From contig CAWFGO010000002.1 in the NCBI GenBank assembly GCA_963815455.1, positions 512,001 to 576,000 of the forward strand: a stretch of DNA of 64,000 nt, written 5' to 3'. This DNA comes from an uncultured Verrucomicrobiae bacterium (GTDB lineage: Bacteria; Verrucomicrobiota; Verrucomicrobiia; Chthoniobacterales; UBA10450). Below the pieces are notes generated by a model. It saw only the letters and a program-made list of their open reading frames with translations, was not told where the DNA came from and made no database searches. Made by a program: the position numbers and the translations under genes. Below, piece after piece: positions 9,295-18,443 of the stretch (within the stretch, counting starts at the first letter, position 1; the number at the start of each line of letters is the position of its first letter).

Positions 9295-9694
9295 CTGAAA
9301 TGACCGGCTTTTCCCGGCAGCAGATTTCCAGCTTGTTCCCGTCAGGATCCTCGAAAAAGAACGCGTAATATCCGGGACTGTATCCCTGGCATACTTCCGG
9401 GCCTTCCATTGTTTTGCCGCCGATCTTGGCCACAAACTTCGCGATCCGATCGACTTCGTCGCGCGTATCCGCCCAAAACGAGATTCGGGTCCCGTTCGGT
9501 TGGTGCTGTCGATCCTCGGTAAACCCAAAAAATTCCGATGGCTTGTCCGGGCCGACCGAATAAAACGTGGCCCATTGGTTATCGGAGCGATTGCAGGTAA
9601 ACCCCAACTCAGGCAGGAGCTTCTCGTAAAATTTCATTGCCCGCTGAAAATCTTTTACCCGCAGATCAATATGATCGAATCGTCGTGTTTTCAT
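9290..9694 (-). CDS. VOC (glyoxalase/bleomycin resistance) family protein
   Basis: FDHIDLRVKD...FYEKLL...YYAFFFEDPDGNKLEIC. Confidence 0.9.
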   Translation of the reverse strand: MKTRRFDHIDLRVKDFQRAMKFYEKLLPELGFTCNRSDNQWATFYSVGPDKPSEFFGFTEDRQHQPNGTRISFWADTRDEVDRIAKFVAKIGGKTMEGPEVCQGYSPGYYAFFFEDPDGNKLEICCREKPVISV

Positions 9695-9770
9695 TTTCGT
9701 GATTGTCGATCGCCCGGTTGAGTGATGTCAACGAATCCCGCGTCGGGGGCAAGCGGCGCAAACACACTCC

Positions 9771-10134
9771 GACATCCTGAGCGGAGCGGCCTGCCCGGCC
9801 GTAGCTTTATGCGAAGGCGGGCCTGCCCGGCCGTAGCTTTATGCGAAGGCGGGAAGGACCCCGCGAGTCGAGGCAACGTTCGCGAGCAATCATGCGATCA
9901 CGCTTCCAGGGTGGTTCGATACGCTTCAGTGCGACTGTGAGGTCCCTCGCTGCGCTCGGGATGACACCGCATCGCGCTCTTTTCTGTCATCCTGAGCGCA
10001 GCGAAGGACCCCGCGAGGAAAGACAACGTTCGCGGGCAATCATGCGATCGCGCTTTCAGAGCGGCTCGGTACAGTGAAATTCGTCCGGGAGGTCCCTCGC
10101 TCCGCTCCCGCCACGGCGGGCAGGCGGGATGACA
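9771..10134 (+). repeat. Doublet of ~132-bp MITE-like palindromic repeats (R1 9771-9966, R2 9985-10134)
   Basis: Termini TGTCATCCTGAGCG-AGCGAAGGACC ... GGTCCCTCGCT-CGCTCGGGATGACA; shared core GTTCGCG(A/G)GCAATCATGCGATC(A/G)CGCTT. Confidence 0.85.
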
Positions 10135-10225
10135 GACGAAGAGCAGCGCGAGACTCGCTGAGTCGCTTAATGGCTGCTTTCCAGTGCGGTCGGGCTCCGT
10201 TAAACTGCGCAAACGCCTTCGCGAA

Positions 10226-10495
10226 ATGAACAAGACGTTCTATGTCTACGTCATGACGAATCGCAGCCGGGTCGTTCTTTATACCGGAGTCACGAATGAC
10301 CTGGCGCGCCGGACATGGGAACACCAAAACGCGGAGGTCAAAGGCTTCACCAAGACTTATCGGGTGAATCGGCTCGTCTATTACGAAGCGTGCGACGACC
10401 CCCGCGTCGCCATTAGCCGGGAAAAAGAAATCAAAGGCTGGCGGCGTAGTAGGAAAAACGCACTGGTGGAAGCAGCTGAATCCAAAATGGAATGA
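10226..10495 (+). CDS. Small stand-alone GIY-YIG nuclease; probable 1-nt frameshift near the 3' end
   Basis: FYVYVMTN...LYTGVTNDLARR...EH...LVYYE...AISREKEIKGWRR; the family motif LNPKWNDLS continues in another frame after ~10473. Confidence 0.88.
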   Translation: MNKTFYVYVMTNRSRVVLYTGVTNDLARRTWEHQNAEVKGFTKTYRVNRLVYYEACDDPRVAISREKEIKGWRRSRKNALVEAAESKME

Positions 10496-10586
10496 TCTTT
10501 CTTCGATGCTTTTTCAACCGGCGCCAAATCCCTCGTCTGTTGCGCAAACGCACAAAATCGAAATGAAGATCTACGCGCTCTTTTTC

Positions 10587-10886
10587 CGTCATCCTGAGCG
10601 GAGCGAAGGACCCCGCGAGTCGAAGCAATGTTCGCGAGCAATCATGCGATCACGCTTTCAGTATTGTTCGGTGCCGTGAACTTCGACTTTGAGGTCCCTC
10701 GCTAACGCTCGGGATGACATCCCATCACGCTTTTTCTGTCGTCCTGAGCGAAGCGAAGGACCCCGCGGGTAGAAGCACCGTTCGCGAGCAATCATGCGAT
10801 CACGCTTTCAGAACGGTTCGGTGCATTCAAGTGCGACTGTGAGGTCCCTCGCTACGCTCCCGCCACGGCGGGCAGGCGGGATGACA
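10587..10886 (+). repeat. Second doublet of the same MITE-like repeats (R3 10587-10719, R4 10737-10886)
   Basis: Same termini and core as R1/R2; R4 carries the same 18-nt insertion as R2. Confidence 0.85.
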
Positions 10887-10902
10887 GAGCGACAGCACGG
10901 AA

Positions 10903-10916
10903 CGTTCGCTTGAACA
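10903..10916 (+). promoter_or_regulatory. Putative LexA (SOS) box upstream of imuA
   Basis: CGTTC-GCTT-GAACA, one mismatch to the Verrucomicrobia LexA motif TGTTC-N4-GAACA; overlaps a -35-like TTGAAC and ends 27 bp before the ATG. Confidence 0.7.
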
Positions 10917-10943
10917 TATTTTAATTGCTGCCAAAATACCGAC

Positions 10944-11585
10944 ATGCCGGCGGCACATCAAATTGTCGATCTTCGGAAGTTTCTGGCCGAGCGATTTCCC
11001 CAAACCCAGGCACCCCGTGCCCCTGCTCGTTTAACTACGGGATGGGATTGTTTCGATCGGGCAACGGGCGGCGGCCTTTCCCAAGGCGCGATCACGGAAG
11101 TAATCACCCCGCGAATCAGCGCCGGCAGCGCATCGCTGATTCACACACTCCTCCGAGGGGCCCAGCGCGACGGCTATTTTATCGCCCTCATTGATGGCAG
11201 CGATTCTTTCGATCCTCAGTCGCTGGACAACGATTGCTTGGGCCATCTCCTTTGGGTGCGCTGTAGCAAAGCCTTCGAAGCGGTCAAAGCGGCCGATCTC
11301 CTTTTGCGCGACGGCAATTTTCCCCTGGTGATTGTCGATCTTGTTTTCAATCCGGCCGAAGAACTCCGCAAAATTCCGCAGACGAGCTGGTACCGGTTGC
11401 AACGGCTCGTCGAATCAGTTCCCACGGCTTGTCTGGTCCTGAGCCGTCAAAACATGGTCAGCAGCGCCCAGCTGAAAATCGTTCTGGAAAATTCTTGGCG
11501 ACTGGAAACTTTGGAAAAAGACTCCGCGATTTCGCAAATGCAATTTCGTGTCCGGCGATCGCATCGCAGATCGGAGGCCAGTTAA
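10944..11585 (+). CDS. imuA: ImuA/RecA-like mutagenesis cassette protein
   Basis: LTTGWDCFDRATGGGLSQGAITEV, degenerate Walker A, ALIDGSDSFDP, ADLLLRDGNFPLVIVDL. Confidence 0.7.
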   Translation: MPAAHQIVDLRKFLAERFPQTQAPRAPARLTTGWDCFDRATGGGLSQGAITEVITPRISAGSASLIHTLLRGAQRDGYFIALIDGSDSFDPQSLDNDCLGHLLWVRCSKAFEAVKAADLLLRDGNFPLVIVDLVFNPAEELRKIPQTSWYRLQRLVESVPTACLVLSRQNMVSSAQLKIVLENSWRLETLEKDSAISQMQFRVRRSHRRSEAS

Positions 11586-11589
11586 ACGA

Positions 11590-12126
11590 ATGTTCGCCAC
11601 GATTTATTTGCCTAATTTTTATTTACAGGCGGCCATTCGACATCAACCAAAACTCCGCGCCCACCCGGTGGCATTGATCGATGCCGCCCAGGCAAAAATA
11701 ATCCAGCTCAATGAGGCCGCCGAAACAGCAGGGATCGGCAAGGGAATGGCCCCCAGCCAGGCGCTGGCGCGTTGTTTGCAGGTCGTCATCAAAACAAGGG
11801 AACAGGTGCAGGAAAATGTGATCGCCGAAATTCTGCTTCAACACGCGTTCACCCTGTCGCCCTATGTGGAGGCAACTGCACCCGGGGTTTGCACCGTCCA
11901 ATTTACCGACCAGCGCAATTTGGGAGCGAAGGTGTCTCGAGCGATCGATCAATTGGCCCGTTGTGAAATTACCGCCCAAGCCGCGATTGCGCCGACACCG
12001 GACATCAGTTTTCTCGCGGCCCACCTGGCTCATCCTCTCCTGCAAATCGAAGAGGGAAAAGAATTCCTCGCTCCGCTGCCGATCGAAACGCTCGCTGTAG
12101 CCGGGATCGTTGATCCCGGTCGTTGA
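11590..12126 (+). CDS. imuB: ImuB-like inactive Y-family polymerase, N-terminal (IMS) domain only, 178 aa
   Basis: MFATIYLPNFYLQA...PVAL...GIGKGMAPSQALARC...LSPYVE...FLAPLPIETL; ends in a REP-derived tail. Confidence 0.65.
   Translation: MFATIYLPNFYLQAAIRHQPKLRAHPVALIDAAQAKIIQLNEAAETAGIGKGMAPSQALARCLQVVIKTREQVQENVIAEILLQHAFTLSPYVEATAPGVCTVQFTDQRNLGAKVSRAIDQLARCEITAQAAIAPTPDISFLAAHLAHPLLQIEEGKEFLAPLPIETLAVAGIVDPGR
12097..12119 (+). repeat. GTAG REP at the 3' end of imuB
   Basis: GTAG-CCGGGATC-GTT-GATCCCGG. Confidence 0.65.
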
Positions 12127-12130
12127 ATCT

Positions 12131-12796
12131 TTACTCGGCCACCGTCGCCGGTTTGGTTTCGATTAGCAGCCGGTAAACCAAGCCGCCCAGTGCCCCGCCC
12201 AGCAACGGGCCGAGCCAATAAACGTAATGCGCTTTCCAGAAACCGGCGACTATGGCCGGGCCCAACACTCGCGCCGGATTCATAGCAGCGCCGGTGAGCG
12301 GTCCCCCGAATAGAGCGTCGAGCGTGACTGTCGCTCCTATTACCAGCCCGGCCACGCGACGCGGCCCCCGCTCATCCACTGCTACACCGTGAACGATGAA
12401 GACCAGAAAGAACGTCAGGATCGCCTCCACCAATATCCCCTGTCCCGGCGTGAGACCGATCGCCAGTTGCGGCGTGCCATTCACAACCACATCGCGTCCG
12501 AACATCCCGAGGCAGATCAAACCCGCGGAAATTCCACCCAGACATTGTGCCATCCAGTAGCGAATGGCGTTGCCCACGCTCATGTGACCGCCGCAGACAA
12601 GACCAAAAGTCACGGCCGGATTCAACTGGCCGCCGGAGATGTGCATCGTCGCGGAAACGAACGCGGCAAACGTCAAACCATTGGCAAGAGCGATGGCGAG
12701 AACGTCGTGCCCAGCGGTTTTCATGGCCCCGATACCGACAAAAACGAATGCGAACGTTCCGATAAATTCTGCCAGAAGCGGACGAAACTTCGTCAT
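12131..12796 (-). CDS. MIP/aquaporin family channel
   Basis: AEFIGTF, HISGGQLNPAVT and GAAMNPAR (two NPA motifs). Confidence 0.92.
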   Translation of the reverse strand: MTKFRPLLAEFIGTFAFVFVGIGAMKTAGHDVLAIALANGLTFAAFVSATMHISGGQLNPAVTFGLVCGGHMSVGNAIRYWMAQCLGGISAGLICLGMFGRDVVVNGTPQLAIGLTPGQGILVEAILTFFLVFIVHGVAVDERGPRRVAGLVIGATVTLDALFGGPLTGAAMNPARVLGPAIVAGFWKAHYVYWLGPLLGGALGGLVYRLLIETKPATVAE

Positions 12797-13069
12797 CCTT
12801 CGATCCAAACAAATTAGCCGCGCGCTGACAACTGTGTTTGTCGCCCCCGTGCGTCCCACCGGGATACAGCTATAGGACGCGAGACAGATATCGATTTAAC
12901 CGCCAGCGGCGTTGTTCCCAGCGCAAGCGCGGAGCGATGGCGGGATCATCGCAGGACCTTCCCAAGGCGGTTCTACAAATGAAAAAAGCGAAGACCTCTC
13001 GCGCATCTTTTACGGTCGAAACGCTCGCGATCGTGACGAGATGTTGCTAGATTCGGACCAGGAAAATTT

Positions 13070-14158
13070 ATGCGAACTGATCAACGCAAACGTCTGGATT
13101 TTTTTGAACGCTACCTGACGGGGTGGGTCTTCGCCTGCATGGTCGCGGGCATTGCCCTCGGGAAATTGTTGCCCGGCCTCACCCGGCATCTCAGCGTGCT
13201 GCAGTTCGGCAGAAATTCGCACGTTAACATCGCCATTGCCGTGCTCATCTGGCTGATGATTTACCCAATGATGTTAAAGATTGATTTTGGTGGTTTAAAA
13301 GACGTGGCCAAAAAACCCAAGGGGCTGCTCATCACCCTTTTTGTTAACTGGTTGGTCAAACCGTTCAGCATGGCTCTGCTCGGGTGGTTTTTCATGCAAT
13401 GGCTATTTTCTTCGTCTCTGGGTTGGATCACGATGGAGGACGCAAAGAATTACACGGCCGGCCTGATCATCCTGGCTGCGGCGCCTTGCACCGCGATGGT
13501 CTTTGTTTGGAGCTACCTAACGGATGGCGATGCTCCTTATACGTTGGCCCAAGTTGCCATTAATGATCTGATCATGATCTTCGCATTTGCGCCGATTGTG
13601 ATGTTCCTGGCCGGCGTGAGCGGCGTCGCCATTCCTGGTGAAGTTCTTCTCGTCTCAGTTCTGATCTTCATCGTCATCCCGCTGGGGGCGGGAGGAATTA
13701 GCCGCGTCATCCTCATTCGGGCCATGGGGCTGGCCTGGTTCGAGAGGAGCTTTCTGCCAAAGTTCCGTCCGGTGACCATCCTTGCACTGCTCGCGACTCT
13801 GACTCTGATCTTCGCATTTCAGGCCGAGAACATCACCACCAACTGGTTCACCGTGGTGCTCATCGCCATTCCTATCCTCCTTCAGGTCTACTTCAATTCC
13901 GGCCTTGCCTATGGACTGATGCGGCTATTCAGAGTACGGCACAACGTCGCAACACCCGGCGCTCTGATCGGAGCCAGCAACTTTTTTGAACTCGCGGTGG
14001 CAGTTGCCATTACTTTGTTCGGACCCACCTCCCCCGCCGCCCTCGCTACCGTCGTGGGAGTACTGGTAGAGGTGCCTGTGATGCTATCGGTCTGCAAAAT
14101 CTGCATCAACTCGAAGAGATGGTACGAGCAAGACTCGCTCTCCCTTGCCAACGCTTGA
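13070..14158 (+). CDS. acr3: ACR3-family arsenite efflux transporter
   Basis: FERYLT.WV, MIYPMMLKIDF, NWLVKPFSM, AAPCTAMVFVW, ASNFFELAVA and GVLVEVPVML motifs. Confidence 0.93.
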   Translation: MRTDQRKRLDFFERYLTGWVFACMVAGIALGKLLPGLTRHLSVLQFGRNSHVNIAIAVLIWLMIYPMMLKIDFGGLKDVAKKPKGLLITLFVNWLVKPFSMALLGWFFMQWLFSSSLGWITMEDAKNYTAGLIILAAAPCTAMVFVWSYLTDGDAPYTLAQVAINDLIMIFAFAPIVMFLAGVSGVAIPGEVLLVSVLIFIVIPLGAGGISRVILIRAMGLAWFERSFLPKFRPVTILALLATLTLIFAFQAENITTNWFTVVLIAIPILLQVYFNSGLAYGLMRLFRVRHNVATPGALIGASNFFELAVAVAITLFGPTSPAALATVVGVLVEVPVMLSVCKICINSKRWYEQDSLSLANA

Positions 14159-14254
14159 ATGACCTAATATGAACAACGTCGCGCGTGCCGATGCAGCGAA
14201 TGCCTGCGAATCCAGCAAGGCGCCGTCTAGTTCGTTCGAGGGAGTGATCTCGAT

Positions 14255-16723
14255 CTAGCCGCCACCGTATTTCGGATACTTTTCTCGCAATTGCCGGCTC
14301 ACGCGATCGGCCTCTTCAGTCTGGCCGGCGCGTTGATACGCCAGCGCAGCTTTTTCCAACGCCCGCGGTGTGATCGCCGGATCGTCGTAAAGCAAAGCGA
14401 CACTCATAAAAGCTTTGCCGGCCTCAGTAAAATTTCCGCGCTCGATCTGGACCTCGCCGGCGAGCAGGCGCGCTTCGGCATTTACCCGGCCTTCCGGTTG
14501 CAACGTCATGATTTGCTCGGCGATCTTCTGCGCGTCGTCCGGCTTATGCGCGCCGATTTTTGCCGCGCCCAGCGCCAGAAGCACCTTCGCCTTCCCGGCC
14601 GGGTCGGTCGCTGTCTGCAAATATTTGGCAAACGCGTCCTCCGCTTCGCCGAAATGTTTCTGTTTGAAAGCGGCGTCGCCGAGATAGAACAGGAAGTCCG
14701 GCTTCACGTTGGCGGGATTGTCGATCTTACCGAGCGCGCTCAGATATTTTTCCGCCGCTTCGTAATTTTTCTCGTTGTAATATTCGATCCCGAGCCACTC
14801 CAGAACTTCGGCCGGAACATTGGCGTCCGGGCTGGACTCCATGAAATTGTTCACTTCTGTGGTCAATGCGGGCCGGTCTTTCAAATAAAAACGACACAGA
14901 ATGAGGCGGAGCGTGGCCTGGCCGTAATATTGTTCGTGGTTGAGCTGACGCGCCTTCTCCAGCGCGGGCATCGCCGCTTTGTAATCTTTCGCGTCAAACA
15001 AACCCTTGCCGATATAATATTGCGCCTGCGCGGCGACCGAGCTCTTCGGATATTCTTTCAAGAGCTGGCGAAATGTTTGCGCCATGCCTTTGGCGTCCTC
15101 CTGTTGCCCAAGAATCAGCGCCTTCAATTGCAGGGCCGCTTCCCGCTCGTGGGCCTTGGGATATTTTGACAGAATCGCGTTCAGGTCCGCGACCGCGGAG
15201 CTGTAATTCTTGTCCTGTTGATAGGCCAGCGCGCGCTGGGCCAGAACAGTAGCCGCTTGCGCGCTGTCGGGAAACGCCTGCAAAAAATAACTGTTGGCCT
15301 CGATCGTGCCGGAAACATTCTTGGTCTGCACGTAACACAGACCGAGCTTGTAAGCGCATTCGGCCCGCAACTTTGGCGACAACTGCGCCACACGCAGCTC
15401 GGAATAAATCGGCGCCGCCTCGGTGTAATTCTGTTGTTTGTAAAGCGCTTCGGCCTTCAAAAGTTTCGCCTGATCCGCGCGGTCGGCCGTTGGGTTCGAC
15501 TCCAGGAAATCATCGACCTCGGCCAAAAGCGCGGACGGATCGGAGTTATAAAGATTGATGAGTCTCTGGTAAGCCGCTTCCTTGGCCTCCTCTCGATCCG
15601 GGAATTCGGAAATGATCTGGCGATAAATTTCCTCCGCTTCCTCGGCTTGACCAATCTGGCGCTGGCTGTTTGCCGCCAGCAACATCACTTCGGCCTGACC
15701 CGCCTCGGGAAGTTTGGAAAGTTCCTTTTTGTATTCGGCCAACAGCTTCTCGTACTGGCCGGTCTGGTATTGCAGCCGGCGAAATGCAACCTGCGCGATT
15801 GCTCGAAACTTTCCCGCATCGGCCGAAGCTCGCCCCTTCTGCAGCAGATTGGTCGCTCTTTCGAGCATCGCTTTGTCGATCTTGTTTTTGTCGGACTGGA
15901 CAAGATCGAGGGCGATCATTCCGCCGCGCACAGCCGCCTCCGCTTTCGCGGCCGGCTTTTGCGCTTCGCTTGCCAGCGCTTCGTATTGTTTGAGCGCCTC
16001 CGCTTTCTTCCCGCGTGACAGAAAAATCGATGCCGCCGCCATTCTTGAGTCTTCCCGATATGGGTTCGGATTCTTGGCGTCGATTACCTGCTGGTAAATA
16101 CCGGCGGCATCATCTTTTCGATCGAGCGTCTCCAGACAACGCGCCTCGAAGTATCTGGCCGAAAGGGCCACGGCGGTTTCCTTCGATTTCGATGCGGCCT
16201 TGTGAAAAAGAGGCAGCGCTTCACCGTAGTTTTTCTGCGTAAACGCCGTCTCGGCCAGGACGTAGGCAGCCGGGCCGGCAAAATCGCTATCGCCGTGATC
16301 GTCGAGGACGTTTTGAAAACTCTTTCGAGCAGCGGTGTTCTTGTTTAGGGCGCGATAAGATTCGCCTAGAAAAAAATAAGCTCCGGCCCGCCCGGACGCG
16401 CCCGTGTATTGGTCCAGATATTTTTCGAACTCAGGAACAGCGAGATCGTAGAGTTTGCGCGAGTAGAGCGCTTTTGCGTATTCGAGCTGGCGGCGGTCGG
16501 GCGATTCCGCTTCCGCGGGCGCGGCTGGCGGGCGTTCGCCTTCACCGGGCGCGATCTGGGGTCTGGCAGCCGAACCCGGAAACGCGGGCTCAGCCCGCGG
16601 CTCCGGAGTTTCTCCGACCGGCAAGGCCCGCCGAACCTCGGGCGTTTGAGAAAGAATGGGACTCGCGCTCAAAACGAGCGCAACCAGTCCCGCGAGACTG
16701 TTCGCGCTGCGCGCCGTTTTCAT
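14255..16723 (-). CDS. Large periplasmic tetratricopeptide-repeat protein (YbgF/BamD-like repeats)
   Basis: Signal peptide and many TPR units; overlaps the exbD stop. Confidence 0.85.
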   Translation of the reverse strand: MKTARSANSLAGLVALVLSASPILSQTPEVRRALPVGETPEPRAEPAFPGSAARPQIAPGEGERPPAAPAEAESPDRRQLEYAKALYSRKLYDLAVPEFEKYLDQYTGASGRAGAYFFLGESYRALNKNTAARKSFQNVLDDHGDSDFAGPAAYVLAETAFTQKNYGEALPLFHKAASKSKETAVALSARYFEARCLETLDRKDDAAGIYQQVIDAKNPNPYREDSRMAAASIFLSRGKKAEALKQYEALASEAQKPAAKAEAAVRGGMIALDLVQSDKNKIDKAMLERATNLLQKGRASADAGKFRAIAQVAFRRLQYQTGQYEKLLAEYKKELSKLPEAGQAEVMLLAANSQRQIGQAEEAEEIYRQIISEFPDREEAKEAAYQRLINLYNSDPSALLAEVDDFLESNPTADRADQAKLLKAEALYKQQNYTEAAPIYSELRVAQLSPKLRAECAYKLGLCYVQTKNVSGTIEANSYFLQAFPDSAQAATVLAQRALAYQQDKNYSSAVADLNAILSKYPKAHEREAALQLKALILGQQEDAKGMAQTFRQLLKEYPKSSVAAQAQYYIGKGLFDAKDYKAAMPALEKARQLNHEQYYGQATLRLILCRFYLKDRPALTTEVNNFMESSPDANVPAEVLEWLGIEYYNEKNYEAAEKYLSALGKIDNPANVKPDFLFYLGDAAFKQKHFGEAEDAFAKYLQTATDPAGKAKVLLALGAAKIGAHKPDDAQKIAEQIMTLQPEGRVNAEARLLAGEVQIERGNFTEAGKAFMSVALLYDDPAITPRALEKAALAYQRAGQTEEADRVSRQLREKYPKYGGG

Positions 16724-17127
16724 TTTGCGGTGGCGAAAGCAACGTTCGTAATTCCCGCTTCGGTGCAGATGTTCAGGACGCCGACGATGTTTTTATAAGC
16801 GCCCTCCTGGTCGCCGCGGATCACCACCGCCTGTTCCGGGTTGAGCTGGACCAGACCTTTGAGGAGCTCGGTCAATTCCGCGTTCGCGAGCGTCCGCCGG
16901 TTCACCACAACAGTGCCATCTGTTTTCACGTTCACGACCACGTCGCCAATGGGCGCGACCTTTTCCTGTGCGGCCGACGCCTTTGGTAATTTCACGTCCA
17001 ATTCGTTTTCATTGCGAGCCGCGTTCCAGGTGAGCAGGAAGAAGATCAACAACAGCAAGAGAACGTCGACCAGCGGCGCGAGCTGAATGCCGGGGTGATG
17101 CAATTGTGCGTGACCACGAAGATTCAT
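16720..17127 (-). CDS. exbD: ExbD/TolR biopolymer transport protein
   Basis: [19 protein letters not shown]...LPKAS...VVIRGD...GITNVAF. Confidence 0.9.
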   Translation of the reverse strand: MNLRGHAQLHHPGIQLAPLVDVLLLLLIFFLLTWNAARNENELDVKLPKASAAQEKVAPIGDVVVNVKTDGTVVVNRRTLANAELTELLKGLVQLNPEQAVVIRGDQEGAYKNIVGVLNICTEAGITNVAFATAK

Positions 17128-17546
17128 AAGGCGGGATCCGGGATGCGGGATTCAGGATGCGGGGTAGCACGTTTCTCCACGCGGTGCTCGCGTTCAACAG
17201 CCGCGATAAAAACATTTAGCTTTCGGCCCAACAAATCTAATTGAGTTTTCAGTTCATGATGAATGGATTCGTTCGTCAACGAGCCGGTCTCATGCAGAGT
17301 GTCGAGATGATCGATCGTTTCATCACACGAAGCATGAGCAAACACCAGAAACCGGATAAATTCCTGCTCATAGCGCCTACGCCCATAGCCTTCGACGATG
17401 TTGCTGCGGATCGATTTTACCGACCGCCGAATCTGACCACCCTGCTCGTGTATCTCAAACTTTGGCAGATCGCGAAGAGTCGTACGATGCACATCAATCG
17501 CGGCCTGCCGCGACAGCTTCCACACCTCAAGATCACGATGGTTCAT
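17124..17546 (-). CDS. Four-helix-bundle protein (23S rRNA-intervening-sequence / bAvd-like family)
   Basis: [10 protein letters not shown]...LPKFE...[20 protein letters not shown]...FIRFL...ASCDET. Confidence 0.9.
   Translation of the reverse strand: MNHRDLEVWKLSRQAAIDVHRTTLRDLPKFEIHEQGGQIRRSVKSIRSNIVEGYGRRRYEQEFIRFLVFAHASCDETIDHLDTLHETGSLTNESIHHELKTQLDLLGRKLNVFIAAVEREHRVEKRATPHPESRIPDPAL
17132..17163. repeat. Heptamer tandem array (GGATGCG-like)
   Basis: CGGGATC CGGGATG CGGGATT CAGGATG CGGG; encodes the [10 protein letters not shown] tail. Confidence 0.75.
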
Positions 17547-17555
17547 CACAATCAT

Positions 17556-17589
17556 GCATCCCGCATCTCGCATCTCGCATCCTGCATCC
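17556..17589. repeat. Heptamer tandem array (CGCATCY), inverted relative to 17132-17163
   Basis: GCATCCC GCATCTC GCATCTC GCATCCT GCATCC. Confidence 0.8.
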
Positions 17590-17591
17590 GT

Positions 17592-18359
17592 CTAAAGTTC
17601 GTCCTCGATCAGCACCGGCGTGCGCTCCGGCCGCCGGTCGAATTGCAAGGAAAGCAACGCCAGCACGTGAGTGGTGGCGGCTTCCAATTCCGAAATTAAT
17701 CTTTGGGCCCGGCCGCGGAAGAAAGCGTAAAAAATCATGGCGGGAATGCCAATCGCCAAACCGGCAGCGGTGTTGACCAGCGCTTCGCTGATTCCCTGCG
17801 AAAGCGCGACGTAACGGGCGGACCCGATATCGGCGCCGAGCGCTCCGAAGGAATGGATAATGCCGAACACGGTGCCCAGCAGACCAAGCAAAGGCGCGAT
17901 CATTCCAATGTCGGCGAGATAAATAACGCGATTGTTCAGACTGGCCGCGACCCGTGTTCCTTCTGTCTGCGCGATCTCGCGGACCTGTTCGAAATTCGCG
18001 TTTGGATTCTTGGTCGTGAAATCCAGAATTTTTTGGACGACCCGGGCGATGGCTTCGCCGTGCCGATTCGACACCGCCAGCAAACCCAGGTAATCGCGTT
18101 TCCGCAAAAGCGCGTCTGCGGTTGCCATGAATCCACTCGAAACCACGGCGCCGCGCCGAATCGTCATCAGATACGTGATCACCAGCATCAGAGAGAAGAT
18201 CGACAGCAGAAACAGCGGGATTATCACCGGGCCGGACTTGAAGAGCGCGTCGAGCACGGTTTTCTGATGCGGCAAATCCGGACCGAGCGCGGGCGCGGCA
18301 TTTTGTGCCAAAACAGGAGTTGCCAGGGCCGCTGCGATCAGCGTGGAGACGATTTTCAT
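17592..18359 (-). CDS. exbB: MotA/TolQ/ExbB proton channel protein
   Basis: IAPLLGLLGTVFGIIHSF and GISEALVNTAAGLAIGIPA. Confidence 0.9.
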   Translation of the reverse strand: MKIVSTLIAAALATPVLAQNAAPALGPDLPHQKTVLDALFKSGPVIIPLFLLSIFSLMLVITYLMTIRRGAVVSSGFMATADALLRKRDYLGLLAVSNRHGEAIARVVQKILDFTTKNPNANFEQVREIAQTEGTRVAASLNNRVIYLADIGMIAPLLGLLGTVFGIIHSFGALGADIGSARYVALSQGISEALVNTAAGLAIGIPAMIFYAFFRGRAQRLISELEAATTHVLALLSLQFDRRPERTPVLIEDEL

Positions 18360-18443
18360 GCCGAGAATCCGATAATCATAGGCGAGCCAGGAAGGGATGC
18401 AATAGCCGCGCACAAAGGTAAGACCGCCTAATGGCGAAGTTGC

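Noticed and set aside
9691..10233. Short ORFs containing HPERSEG / SFAALRMT peptides
   Set aside because: These are translations of the palindromic repeats, not genes.
9771..10886. CRISPR array interpretation of the four long repeats
   Set aside because: Units are ~132 bp with terminal inverted repeats and conserved interiors; there are no unique spacers of constant length.
17124..17546. Diversity-generating retroelement suggested by the Avd-like fold
   Set aside because: No reverse transcriptase and no TR/VR pair with adenine-specific mismatches seen in the window.
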